Source of the DNA: an uncultured Clostridium sp.
GTDB taxonomy: Bacteria > Bacillota_I > Bacilli_A > RF39 > UBA660
Direction: 5' to 3'
Length of the DNA: 64,000 bases
Assembly: GCA_902493795.1 (NCBI GenBank)
Contig: CABUQZ010000009.1
Location: forward strand, 3,329-67,328
Part shown: positions 38,684-47,700 of the stretch, in pieces
Layout of the letters: each line of letters opens with the position of its first letter
Numbering within the stretch: position 1 is the first letter of the stretch
Notes under the pieces: generated by a model
What the model saw: only the letters and a program-made list of their open reading frames with translations
Database searches by the model: none
What the model was told of the DNA's origin: nothing
Made by a program: the position numbers and the translations under genes

Positions 38684-39580
38684 ATGACAAATAAGATGAT
38701 TGATAGAATTAAAGATAAACAAGATAGTAACATATCAATACAAGTAGAATTATTTGAACTTTTAAATGAATATAAAGGAATACTTAAAGATTCAATGATA
38801 GATTACCTAAATTCTTTAATTGGACTTGAATTTTCAGTTATAAGGGAATATATCAGTGAATCTGATAGGAAAAGACTTGGAGAATTAGAAGCATATAAAA
38901 TAATTGCAATATTTAATATTTATAATAGAGCATTAAAGTTATTTGAAAAAAGTGGTATAGATTATGATGTCCGAAATTATGACTATACAGGTTTAAAAGT
39001 ATCAACGTCTATAAGTGATAATGATGTAAGTTTATTTGGTTTCAATTACATAGAAAGACAAAATGACAATATACCTAGTGATTATAGAAGTATGAAAATT
39101 GGTGAAATATCTCTATACCAAACTTTAGAAAATGAGCAAGCAAAAAATGTAGAATATCAAAGGATAGAAAACAAAGTAAGAGAGTTAGAGGATGTCCTTA
39201 AAAGGATTAATCCTTATGGCAATCTATCTGTTTATTATAAGGCTAAAGAAGATTTAGAAGATTATAATCAAAAACTTGCTAGATTACTTGCTAAAAAAGA
39301 AGCATCAAATATTTATAAACAAGAAATAGAAACAACTAATTATATTCGAGACTTGTTCTTAGAAGATTATGGTATTGAGAAAGAAGAGCTTGAAGATAAA
39401 ACAGTTTATGACGACTATAAAAAATTTACTGAGCCAAAAGTTGTTGTTCCATCAGCGACAGTTTCTGGAATACATTTACCTCCTGTTCTTAGTTTCCCAA
39501 GAGAAAGAGATTTAACTCAAATAACACTTACCAAAAAAATGCCTAATTTAAGGATTCATAATCATATTACATATAGGTAA
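38684..39580 (+). CDS. Hypothetical protein (298 aa)
   Basis: Long ORF with a GGGGGA RBS. No motif recognised. Confidence 0.5.
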   Translation: MTNKMIDRIKDKQDSNISIQVELFELLNEYKGILKDSMIDYLNSLIGLEFSVIREYISESDRKRLGELEAYKIIAIFNIYNRALKLFEKSGIDYDVRNYDYTGLKVSTSISDNDVSLFGFNYIERQNDNIPSDYRSMKIGEISLYQTLENEQAKNVEYQRIENKVRELEDVLKRINPYGNLSVYYKAKEDLEDYNQKLARLLAKKEASNIYKQEIETTNYIRDLFLEDYGIEKEELEDKTVYDDYKKFTEPKVVVPSATVSGIHLPPVLSFPRERDLTQITLTKKMPNLRIHNHITYR

Positions 39581-39635
39581 TTTATTAAATAAGCAAAAGG
39601 AGCATAATATATGCTACTTTTTTCTTATAAAAAAA

Positions 39636-40241
39636 TTAATATTTATCTTCACAAATTGCAATAATATATCCCTCTAAATCATCAATTAATTTTAAAGAAA
39701 CACTATTATCACTACAGGAAATATCATTATAAGTTTTAATTTCAAATTGAACTTCTTTTATGTGATTTAAATTTGTTCCTTTCATTTTAAAATATGCTTC
39801 TTTTAAAGTATAAATTTCAAATAATCTCTTATATATATCATCGTTTCCTGACAAAATATATTCTTTTTCCTTGTCTGTTGCAAATTGATTTATAGAGTCT
39901 ATTGAAGTTGTTCTTATTTTTTCAATATCTACACCAACTTCATAATCTGATACTATAGCTATTACATATTGGTAAGAGTGACTAATATTATAAAATATTG
40001 GTTTGTTATTAATATATGGTTTTCCATTTTCATTTACTAAAAATTCTAGTTCTTCATAATTTGTCTTATAATTTTCCTTTAATAGCTCATCAAGTATAAT
40101 CTCTCCAGTAATAGAAGAGAGTTTTTTATCATCTTTTACATATTTTGCTATTCTATCTTTTTTTAAAGGGTAAAGTATATTATAAAACATATTTAAATAA
40201 TCTTTACTATAATAATCAAACCTTCTTATTTTATATTTCAT
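39636..40241 (-). CDS. Sfp-type 4'-phosphopantetheinyl transferase
   Basis: Motifs NGKPYI, YNISHS, VGVDIEKI and TLKEAYFK. Confidence 0.8.
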   Translation of the reverse strand: MKYKIRRFDYYSKDYLNMFYNILYPLKKDRIAKYVKDDKKLSSITGEIILDELLKENYKTNYEELEFLVNENGKPYINNKPIFYNISHSYQYVIAIVSDYEVGVDIEKIRTTSIDSINQFATDKEKEYILSGNDDIYKRLFEIYTLKEAYFKMKGTNLNHIKEVQFEIKTYNDISCSDNSVSLKLIDDLEGYIIAICEDKY

Positions 40242-40352
40242 AATAATATCTCCATATAGATATATAATACAATATTTTCTAAAACATAAGATACCATATT
40301 TGTTTTTGTGATATAATTCTTTTATAAGATTTAAGTGGGAGAAGTAAATATT

Positions 40353-41228
40353 ATGGGAAGAAAACTGTTTTGTGATATAAGTCCAACTTGTTATAAAATA
40401 TCTTCTGAAAAACAGATATTATTAAGAAAAGGTAAAGATTTATTAAAAAGAGCAAAAATTGCAAAAACTAAAAGTAAAGAAGAATTACCAAACATTGTAA
40501 AAAGTCATAGTTCTATTTTAGTAAGAAAACTTAATGGAGTTGATTTAAGACTTCAAGAAAATAAAGTAACTAATATAATGCTAGCTTGTAACAAAATTAA
40601 TGGAATAATAATTCATCCTGGAGAAACTTTTTCTTTTTGGAGAACTGTTGGAAAAGCTACAGAGAAAAAAGGTTATAAAAGGGGTCTAGTTATAAGTAGA
40701 AAGGGTATGACTTCTGGTTTTGGTGGAGGCCTTTGCCAAATGGCAAATATGATACACTGGCTAGTTTTAAATAGTCCTTTAGAAGTTACTGAACTACATC
40801 ATCATTCAGATGCTTTATTTCCAGATGAAAGAAGAAGAGTACCATTTGGAACAGGAACTTCAATTTGTTATAATTACGTAGACTATAGATTTAAAAATAA
40901 TACTGATCAAGATGTTCAAATATTGGTTTGGGTCGAAAATGGTGAACTATGTGGTGAACTACGAAGTGAAAGAGAATTTCCTTGTAGATATAAATTAATA
41001 GAAGAAAATCACCATTTCCAAAAAGAAGGCGAAGAATATTTTAGAATATCTCAAGTATACAGAATTGTAATAGATAGAAAAACAAACGAGGAATTATATA
41101 AAGAATTAATTCTAGATAATCATTCACGTGTTATGTATGATTATAACTTAATTCCCAAAGAGCAAATAAGGAATAATGAAGATGATAATAGAAAAAATTC
41201 AAAAAATAGTAGAAAAAAATCCAAATAA
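40353..41228 (+). CDS. VanW-family protein (short, VanB-cluster-like form)
   Basis: Core GFGGGLCQMANMIHWLVLNSPLEVTELHHHS is typical of VanW. The ATG at 40353 is preferred over the GTG at 40335. Confidence 0.75.
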   Translation: MGRKLFCDISPTCYKISSEKQILLRKGKDLLKRAKIAKTKSKEELPNIVKSHSSILVRKLNGVDLRLQENKVTNIMLACNKINGIIIHPGETFSFWRTVGKATEKKGYKRGLVISRKGMTSGFGGGLCQMANMIHWLVLNSPLEVTELHHHSDALFPDERRRVPFGTGTSICYNYVDYRFKNNTDQDVQILVWVENGELCGELRSEREFPCRYKLIEENHHFQKEGEEYFRISQVYRIVIDRKTNEELYKELILDNHSRVMYDYNLIPKEQIRNNEDDNRKNSKNSRKKSK

Positions 41229-42585
41229 AATCGCCTATAAAGTTAATAATGAAATAGTAACATATCAAGAATTATGGAGTTCTATCGAAAAGTATTCACA
41301 TCTTTTAAAATGTCAAGGAACATCTCCAGTTATAATTTATGGACATAAAGAAATAAATGTTATTAAATCAATATTATCTTGTCTTTTAGCTAACAGGACT
41401 TATGTTCCAATTGGATCTTGTACACCAATTTCTAGATTAGAGAAAATAGTTGAAATTACTAAATCAACATTAATATTAACAGATGAAGATATAAGTATTG
41501 ATAATATTTGTTCAACAAGTATTGAATTCTTAGATAAATTTGCTAGTTTTAAAGAAAATGAAATAGACAATAATATTGTTTATATGATTTTTACATCTGG
41601 AAGTACTGGAGAACCTAAAGGTGTTCCAATAAGTAAAGATAACTTAAATAATTTTGTAAACTGGATAAGTAACTTGAAACCTTTGTGCAATTACAAAGAT
41701 ATATGTGTTTTGAATCAAGCTAGTTTTAGTTTTGACTTAAGTGTTGCAGACTTTTATTATTCGATGTGTAATGGGCACACTTTAATCGCGTTAAATGGTG
41801 ATGTTCAAAATGATTTTGATGAAATATTTTCTATTATGCACGAAGTTACAGTAGCAGTTATGACTCCAACGCTTATGAAAATATGTTTGCTAAACAAAGA
41901 TTTTAATGAATTTAATTTTCCAAATTTTAAATGTGTATATTTTTGTGGAGAAACGCTAGAAAATAAAACAGTAAAGAAACTATTTGAATCTTTTCCAAAT
42001 TTAGAAGTAATAAATGCATATGGACCAACTGAGGCAACATCAGCAGTATCTGCAATAAATATTACGAAAGATATAGTAAATAACGAAGAATTACTTCCAG
42101 TAGGTTCTATTAATAATTTAGCAACTGATGTAGAAATAATCGATGATGAAATAGTTTTAAAAGGTCCAAGTGTTTTTAGTGGATACCTAGGAAATATGAA
42201 AGGTGGTTATTACAAAGAAGATAACCTTAATTGTTATAAAACTGGTGATATTGGTTTTATCAAAGATAATAAATTATATTGCAAAGGAAGAAAAGATAGT
42301 CAAATAAAATACAAGGGATATCGTATTGAATTAAATGATATTGAACAGAATATTTCAAAAATTAAAGGTGTTTTAGAGTGTGCAGTTGTTGCTAAATATA
42401 ACGAAGATAATGTTGTAAAAACAATAAAAGCTTTTGTAGTAGGAAACGTTGATGCAAGTTATATAAAAGAAGAATTGCAAAAAATAATTCCAGGCTATAT
42501 GATGCCTAGAACAATAAAAATATTAGATAAATTACCAATTAATCAAAATGGTAAAATAGATAGAAAGGCTTTAAGAGATTTATGA
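41176..42585 (+). CDS. DltA-like adenylation enzyme (D-alanine--carrier protein ligase family)
   Basis: Motifs MIFTSGSTGEPKGV, YGPTEAT, YKTGDIG, GRKDSQIKYKGYRIEL and GKIDRKAL. About 470 aa, as for DltA. Confidence 0.8.
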   Translation: MKMIIEKIQKIVEKNPNKIAYKVNNEIVTYQELWSSIEKYSHLLKCQGTSPVIIYGHKEINVIKSILSCLLANRTYVPIGSCTPISRLEKIVEITKSTLILTDEDISIDNICSTSIEFLDKFASFKENEIDNNIVYMIFTSGSTGEPKGVPISKDNLNNFVNWISNLKPLCNYKDICVLNQASFSFDLSVADFYYSMCNGHTLIALNGDVQNDFDEIFSIMHEVTVAVMTPTLMKICLLNKDFNEFNFPNFKCVYFCGETLENKTVKKLFESFPNLEVINAYGPTEATSAVSAINITKDIVNNEELLPVGSINNLATDVEIIDDEIVLKGPSVFSGYLGNMKGGYYKEDNLNCYKTGDIGFIKDNKLYCKGRKDSQIKYKGYRIELNDIEQNISKIKGVLECAVVAKYNEDNVVKTIKAFVVGNVDASYIKEELQKIIPGYMMPRTIKILDKLPINQNGKIDRKALRDL

Positions 42586-42824
42586 TAGGTAGTAAGATTA
42601 ATGTTAAAGATTTATTATATGATATATGTGAAGATGAATTAGTTTACAAAGATGACATTGATTTAGTAAGTAGTGGTTTATTAGATTCTTATGCCTTTAT
42701 CGAACTGTTTTCAAGACTAGAAGACTATGGAATAAATATTCAGCCAACAAGAATTGATCGTTCAAAGTTAAAAACAGTTAAAGGTATTGAAGCTTTGATT
42801 GAGGAATATTTAGATAAGAAATAG
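42582..42824 (+). CDS. DltC-like carrier protein (80 aa)
   Basis: ATGA overlap with the adenylation gene. Phosphopantetheine attachment motif GLLDSYAFIELF. Confidence 0.75.
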   Translation: MIGSKINVKDLLYDICEDELVYKDDIDLVSSGLLDSYAFIELFSRLEDYGINIQPTRIDRSKLKTVKGIEALIEEYLDKK

Positions 42825-42828
42825 AAAT

Positions 42829-42858
42829 AATATATCATATATTTGATATATTTTTTTT
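42829..42858 (+). terminator. Rho-independent terminator
   Basis: Perfect 9-bp stem aatatatca/tgatatatt with a 6-nt loop, then a T-run. Confidence 0.7.
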
Positions 42859-42942
42859 ACATGTTATTTTTAAGAACAAAATAAATAATATAAAAAAATA
42901 TAATTCTATGTTATAACTTATAATAGAGATGAGTGTGGTAAA

Positions 42943-44478
42943 ATGAATGAATTATTAGAAAAAGAAAAAACTATTTTGGAAGTTATTTCTGATATTTTTA
43001 TTTTTATCATTATCATTATCTTTCCACTTATGGTAGATTCAACAGGATTTTTTCACATACTAGAATGTAAATGGTATTCATTTATTTTAATTGCTGGAGC
43101 ATATATTGGAATTACAATGGTTGTATTTTTATATTTTCTGATAATCAAAAAAATAAATTATTTTAAAAATACCAAACTATCGATTATTCAGTGGCTTGCT
43201 ATCTTATTTTTGATAGTTAATCTCATTTCTTGTTTTGCTTCTCCCTTTTTTAAGTCTTATGATTTATTTATAGGTGTTGGAAGAGGAGAAGGTCTTATTG
43301 TTAGTTCACTTTATATTCTCATTTTTTTATTTGTATCCTTATTTGCTAAATTTAAAATAAAGTACTTAGCGTACTTTTCAATTGCATCGATATTGATAAA
43401 TTTTATTGCTATTTTACAATATATTGGATTTAATCCTTTTAATATGTATCAAAAAGGAATAGGAACACACAATGTAAGTTTTATGGCAACAATAGGTAAT
43501 GTTGATTTTATTTCTGCAATGTATTGTATTCTTTTATCAGTTTCTTTTTCATCATTTGTATTTCTTGAAAACGACAAAAAACATATGAAGATAATTCATC
43601 TTTTATCAGTATTGATGGGATTCTTTATATTGGGAATAATCGATGTTCAAAGTGGAAAAGTAGCATTTTTGTTAACTTTAGTTATAATATCACCATTTAT
43701 AATATCAAATAATAAACGATTAAGTAGAGCAGTTATAATGCTTGCAACAATACTAATGTCATATTGTATTAACATAATTATTAATCCAGAATATCACTAT
43801 GATTTACAAAAGCTAAGTTTGTATTTTCAATTTAATTATATAGTTGTTTTATTTATAGCTATTTGTGCATTATTAATTTATTTAGCATATATACTTTATA
43901 AAACAAATTATGATATTTCAAAAAATAAAAAAATAATAAAATTTTTCTATTTTGGTTTAATTGTGTGTGGCATTTTGGGGTTGATAGTCTTATATTTTGG
44001 AAATTTTAAAAGTGGAATGCTATATGAGATTCATGAATTATTGCATGGAAATTTTGATGACAATTTTGGTACATATAGAGTATTTTTATGGAAAAGAACA
44101 ATAACACTAATTAAAGAGTTTCCAATTTTAGGATCTGGCCCTGATACGTTTGCGATAAGATTTATGGCAAAATATACATCTGATATTGCTGCTATTGGAC
44201 CTTTGACACTTAATGATACTGCTGCAAACATTTATTTAACAATGATAATTAATTTAGGAATTGTAGGTTTACTTAATTATCTGGTTTTTCTTTTCTTTCA
44301 AATAAAAAAAGGCATAAAAAATATAAATTGTTATTCTTCTATTTTGCTTATTGCATTTATATGTTACTTAATTCAATCATTCTTTAACTTATCAGTTGTT
44401 ATTGTTAGTCCTATGTTCTGGATTTTGATGGCTTTACATTATAATAGTTTAGAAACTAATGCTATTGACAAAAAATGA
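42943..44478 (+). CDS. Polytopic Wzy_C / O-antigen-ligase-family membrane protein
   Basis: More than 10 predicted TM helices. A large loop contains the family-typical GTYRVFLWKRTITLIKEFPILGSGPDTF. Confidence 0.7.
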   Translation: MNELLEKEKTILEVISDIFIFIIIIIFPLMVDSTGFFHILECKWYSFILIAGAYIGITMVVFLYFLIIKKINYFKNTKLSIIQWLAILFLIVNLISCFASPFFKSYDLFIGVGRGEGLIVSSLYILIFLFVSLFAKFKIKYLAYFSIASILINFIAILQYIGFNPFNMYQKGIGTHNVSFMATIGNVDFISAMYCILLSVSFSSFVFLENDKKHMKIIHLLSVLMGFFILGIIDVQSGKVAFLLTLVIISPFIISNNKRLSRAVIMLATILMSYCINIIINPEYHYDLQKLSLYFQFNYIVVLFIAICALLIYLAYILYKTNYDISKNKKIIKFFYFGLIVCGILGLIVLYFGNFKSGMLYEIHELLHGNFDDNFGTYRVFLWKRTITLIKEFPILGSGPDTFAIRFMAKYTSDIAAIGPLTLNDTAANIYLTMIINLGIVGLLNYLVFLFFQIKKGIKNINCYSSILLIAFICYLIQSFFNLSVVIVSPMFWILMALHYNSLETNAIDKK

Positions 44479-44521
44479 CAAATTATACTATCATTTATCT
44501 TAGAGAATAGGGTGTGATTAT

Positions 44522-46186
44522 ATGTTAGAAAAATTTAAAGGGAATGTTATGAAACTTACATTGGGTGGAATAGCATTATTTATTTTCGGAATTTTTATAG
44601 GAATTCAATTAAACTCAGGAGCAATTGATTCGATTCAAGGATTTTTGTTTAATGTAACAAGAAACTCTAGCGCAACAAACTCAAACGCCACAAACTCAAA
44701 TGCCACAAACTCAAATGCCACAAACTCAAACGCAACGAATTCAAATGCAACGAATTCAAATGCCACAAACTCAAATGCAACGAATTCAAATGCCACAAAC
44801 TCAAATGCCACAAACTCAAACGCAGAAGATCCTAGTGCAACAGATAATATAATATATCTTGAAAGCTTTCATTTGATAACTAAAGAAGCAAATGCTGGAG
44901 ATACTGTTTACGTAAGTTTCGAAACAAGTGGTGCATGTCTTAATGGTATAACTGTCACATTAAAAAATCAAAAAAATAATACAACCTTTACTGCATTAGT
45001 AAAATCAATAGATGATGACCCATATATTATTTTACCAAGCAATTTATCTACATCTTCATACATTGTTACAGATGTATTACTAATTGGTTTGAACAGCGAT
45101 AAAACAACATTTAGTAAACATTACAACAATAATAGTATAGAATTAAAAGATACTGTCTCTGTTAAAGAAAAAGTTGTTGTTACCCCTGTAAAACTTAATA
45201 GTATTTCTATTGATCCAACTGATGTATCAGTGGGTAGTAAGATTAATGTCACATTTGATGTTAATAAATCTTTACAAAGCTTAAAACTAGAATTTAAATC
45301 TACAGATAATAAAACAATGGTTGTGTATGTTAAATCATTAACAAATAAACCATATTTTGAAATACCTACAACAACAGTTGGTGGAACATATTCATTATAT
45401 AGTGCTACATTAACTTCTTCTGATAGTACAAAAGTCTATACAACGAATGGATCTAATGGATCTTTAAAATTTAATTTTAATTCAAAACTTGTAATTAGTG
45501 ATGGAACAGAAACTTCATTTATATATAATAACGAAGATATTAATTCACAAATAATTACTAAGCTATATAATTCTAAAGAAAAAACAGAAATTACAATTAA
45601 TGCTGATTCAAACACAATAATTGATAAAGAATTATTTAATACAATTAAAGGAAAAGATAAAACTTTAATAATTAATCATAGTGATAATCAACTTGTATTT
45701 AATGGAAATGATATTAAGAATTCTAAAACTATAGATGTTAATATGTTAATCGAAGAAACTACAGCAAATGAAAATATTAGAAAATTAGTTTCAAAAGGTA
45801 TTATTGTTAACTTCCCAGATAATGGTAATCTTCCTGGAAATGCTTTAGTAAGAGTTAAAGCAACAGAAGATATTAATAAACTACTTGGTGATAAGATTTA
45901 TGTATATTTTTACAATGAATCTTCTAATAATTTCTCTGTTATAGCAGAAGATGTTAAGAAAAAAGATGACGGATATTATGAATTTACAATATCACATAAT
46001 TCTGATTATCTATTGGTAAATAAAAAAATAGATAGCAAATTAGTTGTATCTCAAAATATTGATAACGTAGTTTCATTCCAAAAAAGTAACGGTACATACT
46101 TGTTATTAATTGGAGTAGGAGTAGTTGTAGCTATATCATTAGCTATAGTTATCATAGTAGTTAGGAAAAAGAAAGAGATTAAATAA
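44522..46186 (+). CDS. Surface protein with N-terminal TM/signal anchor, (ATNSN)x10 low-complexity linker, beta-rich domains and C-terminal TM anchor
   Basis: N-terminal segment LTLGGIALFIFGIFIGIQL, then the repeat, then a C-terminal TM LLLIGVGVVVAISLAIVIIVV followed by RKKKEIK. Confidence 0.7.
   Translation: MLEKFKGNVMKLTLGGIALFIFGIFIGIQLNSGAIDSIQGFLFNVTRNSSATNSNATNSNATNSNATNSNATNSNATNSNATNSNATNSNATNSNATNSNAEDPSATDNIIYLESFHLITKEANAGDTVYVSFETSGACLNGITVTLKNQKNNTTFTALVKSIDDDPYIILPSNLSTSSYIVTDVLLIGLNSDKTTFSKHYNNNSIELKDTVSVKEKVVVTPVKLNSISIDPTDVSVGSKINVTFDVNKSLQSLKLEFKSTDNKTMVVYVKSLTNKPYFEIPTTTVGGTYSLYSATLTSSDSTKVYTTNGSNGSLKFNFNSKLVISDGTETSFIYNNEDINSQIITKLYNSKEKTEITINADSNTIIDKELFNTIKGKDKTLIINHSDNQLVFNGNDIKNSKTIDVNMLIEETTANENIRKLVSKGIIVNFPDNGNLPGNALVRVKATEDINKLLGDKIYVYFYNESSNNFSVIAEDVKKKDDGYYEFTISHNSDYLLVNKKIDSKLVVSQNIDNVVSFQKSNGTYLLLIGVGVVVAISLAIVIIVVRKKKEIK
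44672..44821 (+). repeat. Ten in-frame 15-bp tandem repeats encoding ATNSN
   Basis: Two synonymous unit types are interleaved: gccacaaactcaaa(t/c) and gcaacgaattcaaat, plus one gcaacaaactcaaac. Confidence 0.95.
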
Positions 46187-46194
46187 AAACAAAA

Positions 46195-46227
46195 AATATG
46201 TTTCTTAAATTGAAACATATTTTTTTA
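46195..46227. terminator. Bidirectional terminator between convergent genes
   Basis: Stem aatatgtttc, loop ttaaatt, stem gaaacatatt, followed by tttttt and preceded by an A-run. Confidence 0.7.
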
Positions 46228-47385
46228 TATTGTATTTTTCCAATTATTGTAAGGTTTGTCTTTAAATGTCTTGATTAATCTTTTTACTTTTTCTCTTGAA
46301 ACAGAACCTTTAAAAAATTTGTTTATTTCTTTATCAAGTAAAATGGTATTTTCTTCAAGAATTTCATTATATTTTTTTGCTTGAGAAATTTCTTCTTGAT
46401 ATTCATCTTCAAAGAATTTATCAACGAACTCTTTTTGTTTATCTTCATTTAGAATAGAAAAAGAAGATAGCAAATCTTTATTATTTCTAAACCTATTTAT
46501 TCTTGCAAGACTTCTAATATTTCTTTTTTTAGCTTCGTTACAAGAAGAAACAATATAATCCCAGGCAAGACTTTTATAAATACCATTGTTTAAGGCAGCA
46601 AAAACGGTTTCTTTTATTTCAAAAGGAGTATCACATTCCATAACAGCATTTAAAGCACGTTTTCTATTAACTATTTTTTTCCAACATTCTTCATCAATTG
46701 AAGTTGCACTAAGTCTTTCAATTTGTTCTCTTTTAGAAAATTGATTAGAAGAATCATTTACATTGATATATGAATGAATATCCTTAAGTAAAGTTCTAAC
46801 ATATTTTCTAGCAAGATCAATATTAACTTTATAAAGACGATTAAATGACATCACAATTAAATTAAGTTCTTCTTCACTAAATTGATCATTTAAAATTTTG
46901 TCTATTTCTTCATCAGTATATAACATTGGAAGAGCTAAAATTTGTGCTTTAACATAATTTTTGTCGTTAGCTTTATATAACTTATCAAGTAAAATATTTA
47001 CTTCTTGAGGAAAATAACTGATTTCTTTTTTAAAATCTCTATTTTTAAATAATCCACGAGCTACATAATAATATCTAGCTTTTTTTAAATCAATTTTTGA
47101 ATCCCAAAGCATACTTATATTAGTATTTCTAATTGAATTACGATCTTGTGAAGATAAAGAAGAAATTTCAAACTTAGTAAGATTCTTCAAAGAACATAAT
47201 ACTTTTGTAGCAATTTCATCCTGAAAGAAAGAAGAAAAGATAAAATTACGAGCTTCTTCTAATGAAATATCGCTAGGCAAGTTTTTAATTAATCGTAATT
47301 GTTCTTTTGTTAAATTAACAATATCTTCATCACTAAAATATTTATCTAGTTCTACTAGTAACTGTTCTAAAACATCATATTTCAT
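46225..47385 (-). CDS. Hypothetical protein (386 aa)
   Basis: Long ORF with no recognised motif. Confidence 0.5.
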   Translation of the reverse strand: MKYDVLEQLLVELDKYFSDEDIVNLTKEQLRLIKNLPSDISLEEARNFIFSSFFQDEIATKVLCSLKNLTKFEISSLSSQDRNSIRNTNISMLWDSKIDLKKARYYYVARGLFKNRDFKKEISYFPQEVNILLDKLYKANDKNYVKAQILALPMLYTDEEIDKILNDQFSEEELNLIVMSFNRLYKVNIDLARKYVRTLLKDIHSYINVNDSSNQFSKREQIERLSATSIDEECWKKIVNRKRALNAVMECDTPFEIKETVFAALNNGIYKSLAWDYIVSSCNEAKKRNIRSLARINRFRNNKDLLSSFSILNEDKQKEFVDKFFEDEYQEEISQAKKYNEILEENTILLDKEINKFFKGSVSREKVKRLIKTFKDKPYNNWKNTI

Positions 47386-47448
47386 TATATCACCTTCTAT
47401 TGAGAAAGTATTTTATCAAAAAAAAACACAAAATTCAAGAAAAATTAC

Positions 47449-47477
47449 TTGAAATTAAATGCGTGTTATTGTAATAT
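47449..47477 (+). promoter_or_regulatory. Sigma-A-type promoter of the hisS-aspS leader (TTGAAA-17-TAATAT)
   Basis: ttgaaa at 47449-54, 17-nt spacer, taatat at 47472-77. Confidence 0.55.
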
Positions 47478-47483
47478 AAAGTT

Positions 47484-47690
47484 AACTTCTGGCAAAAAGA
47501 GTAGTGAATATATTTTTTTTAGAGAAAGTATGTATGGTGAAAATACTTATTAATAATTCATGAATGACAGTTGCTTTATATGAAGAGTCGTGTATTCGCG
47601 TTAAGAATCAAAGCATAATTAATTATGGAATTAAGGTGGCACCACGAGGAAATCGTCCTTATATAGTGTCATCTTTTTATATTTTTTAGG
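47484..47690 (+). promoter_or_regulatory. T-box leader (tRNA-sensing riboswitch) of hisS-aspS
   Basis: Conserved T-box sequence ggaattaaGGTGGCACCACGag at 47628-47649. Stem I elements AGAGA (47521-25) and GGTGAAA (47536-42). Imperfect terminator helix ggcac..gagga/tcctt..gtgtc overlaps the T-box 3' half, followed by a T-rich tract. Same position as the B. subtilis hisS-aspS T-box. Confidence 0.8.
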
Positions 47691-47700
47691 AGGAAAAGTT

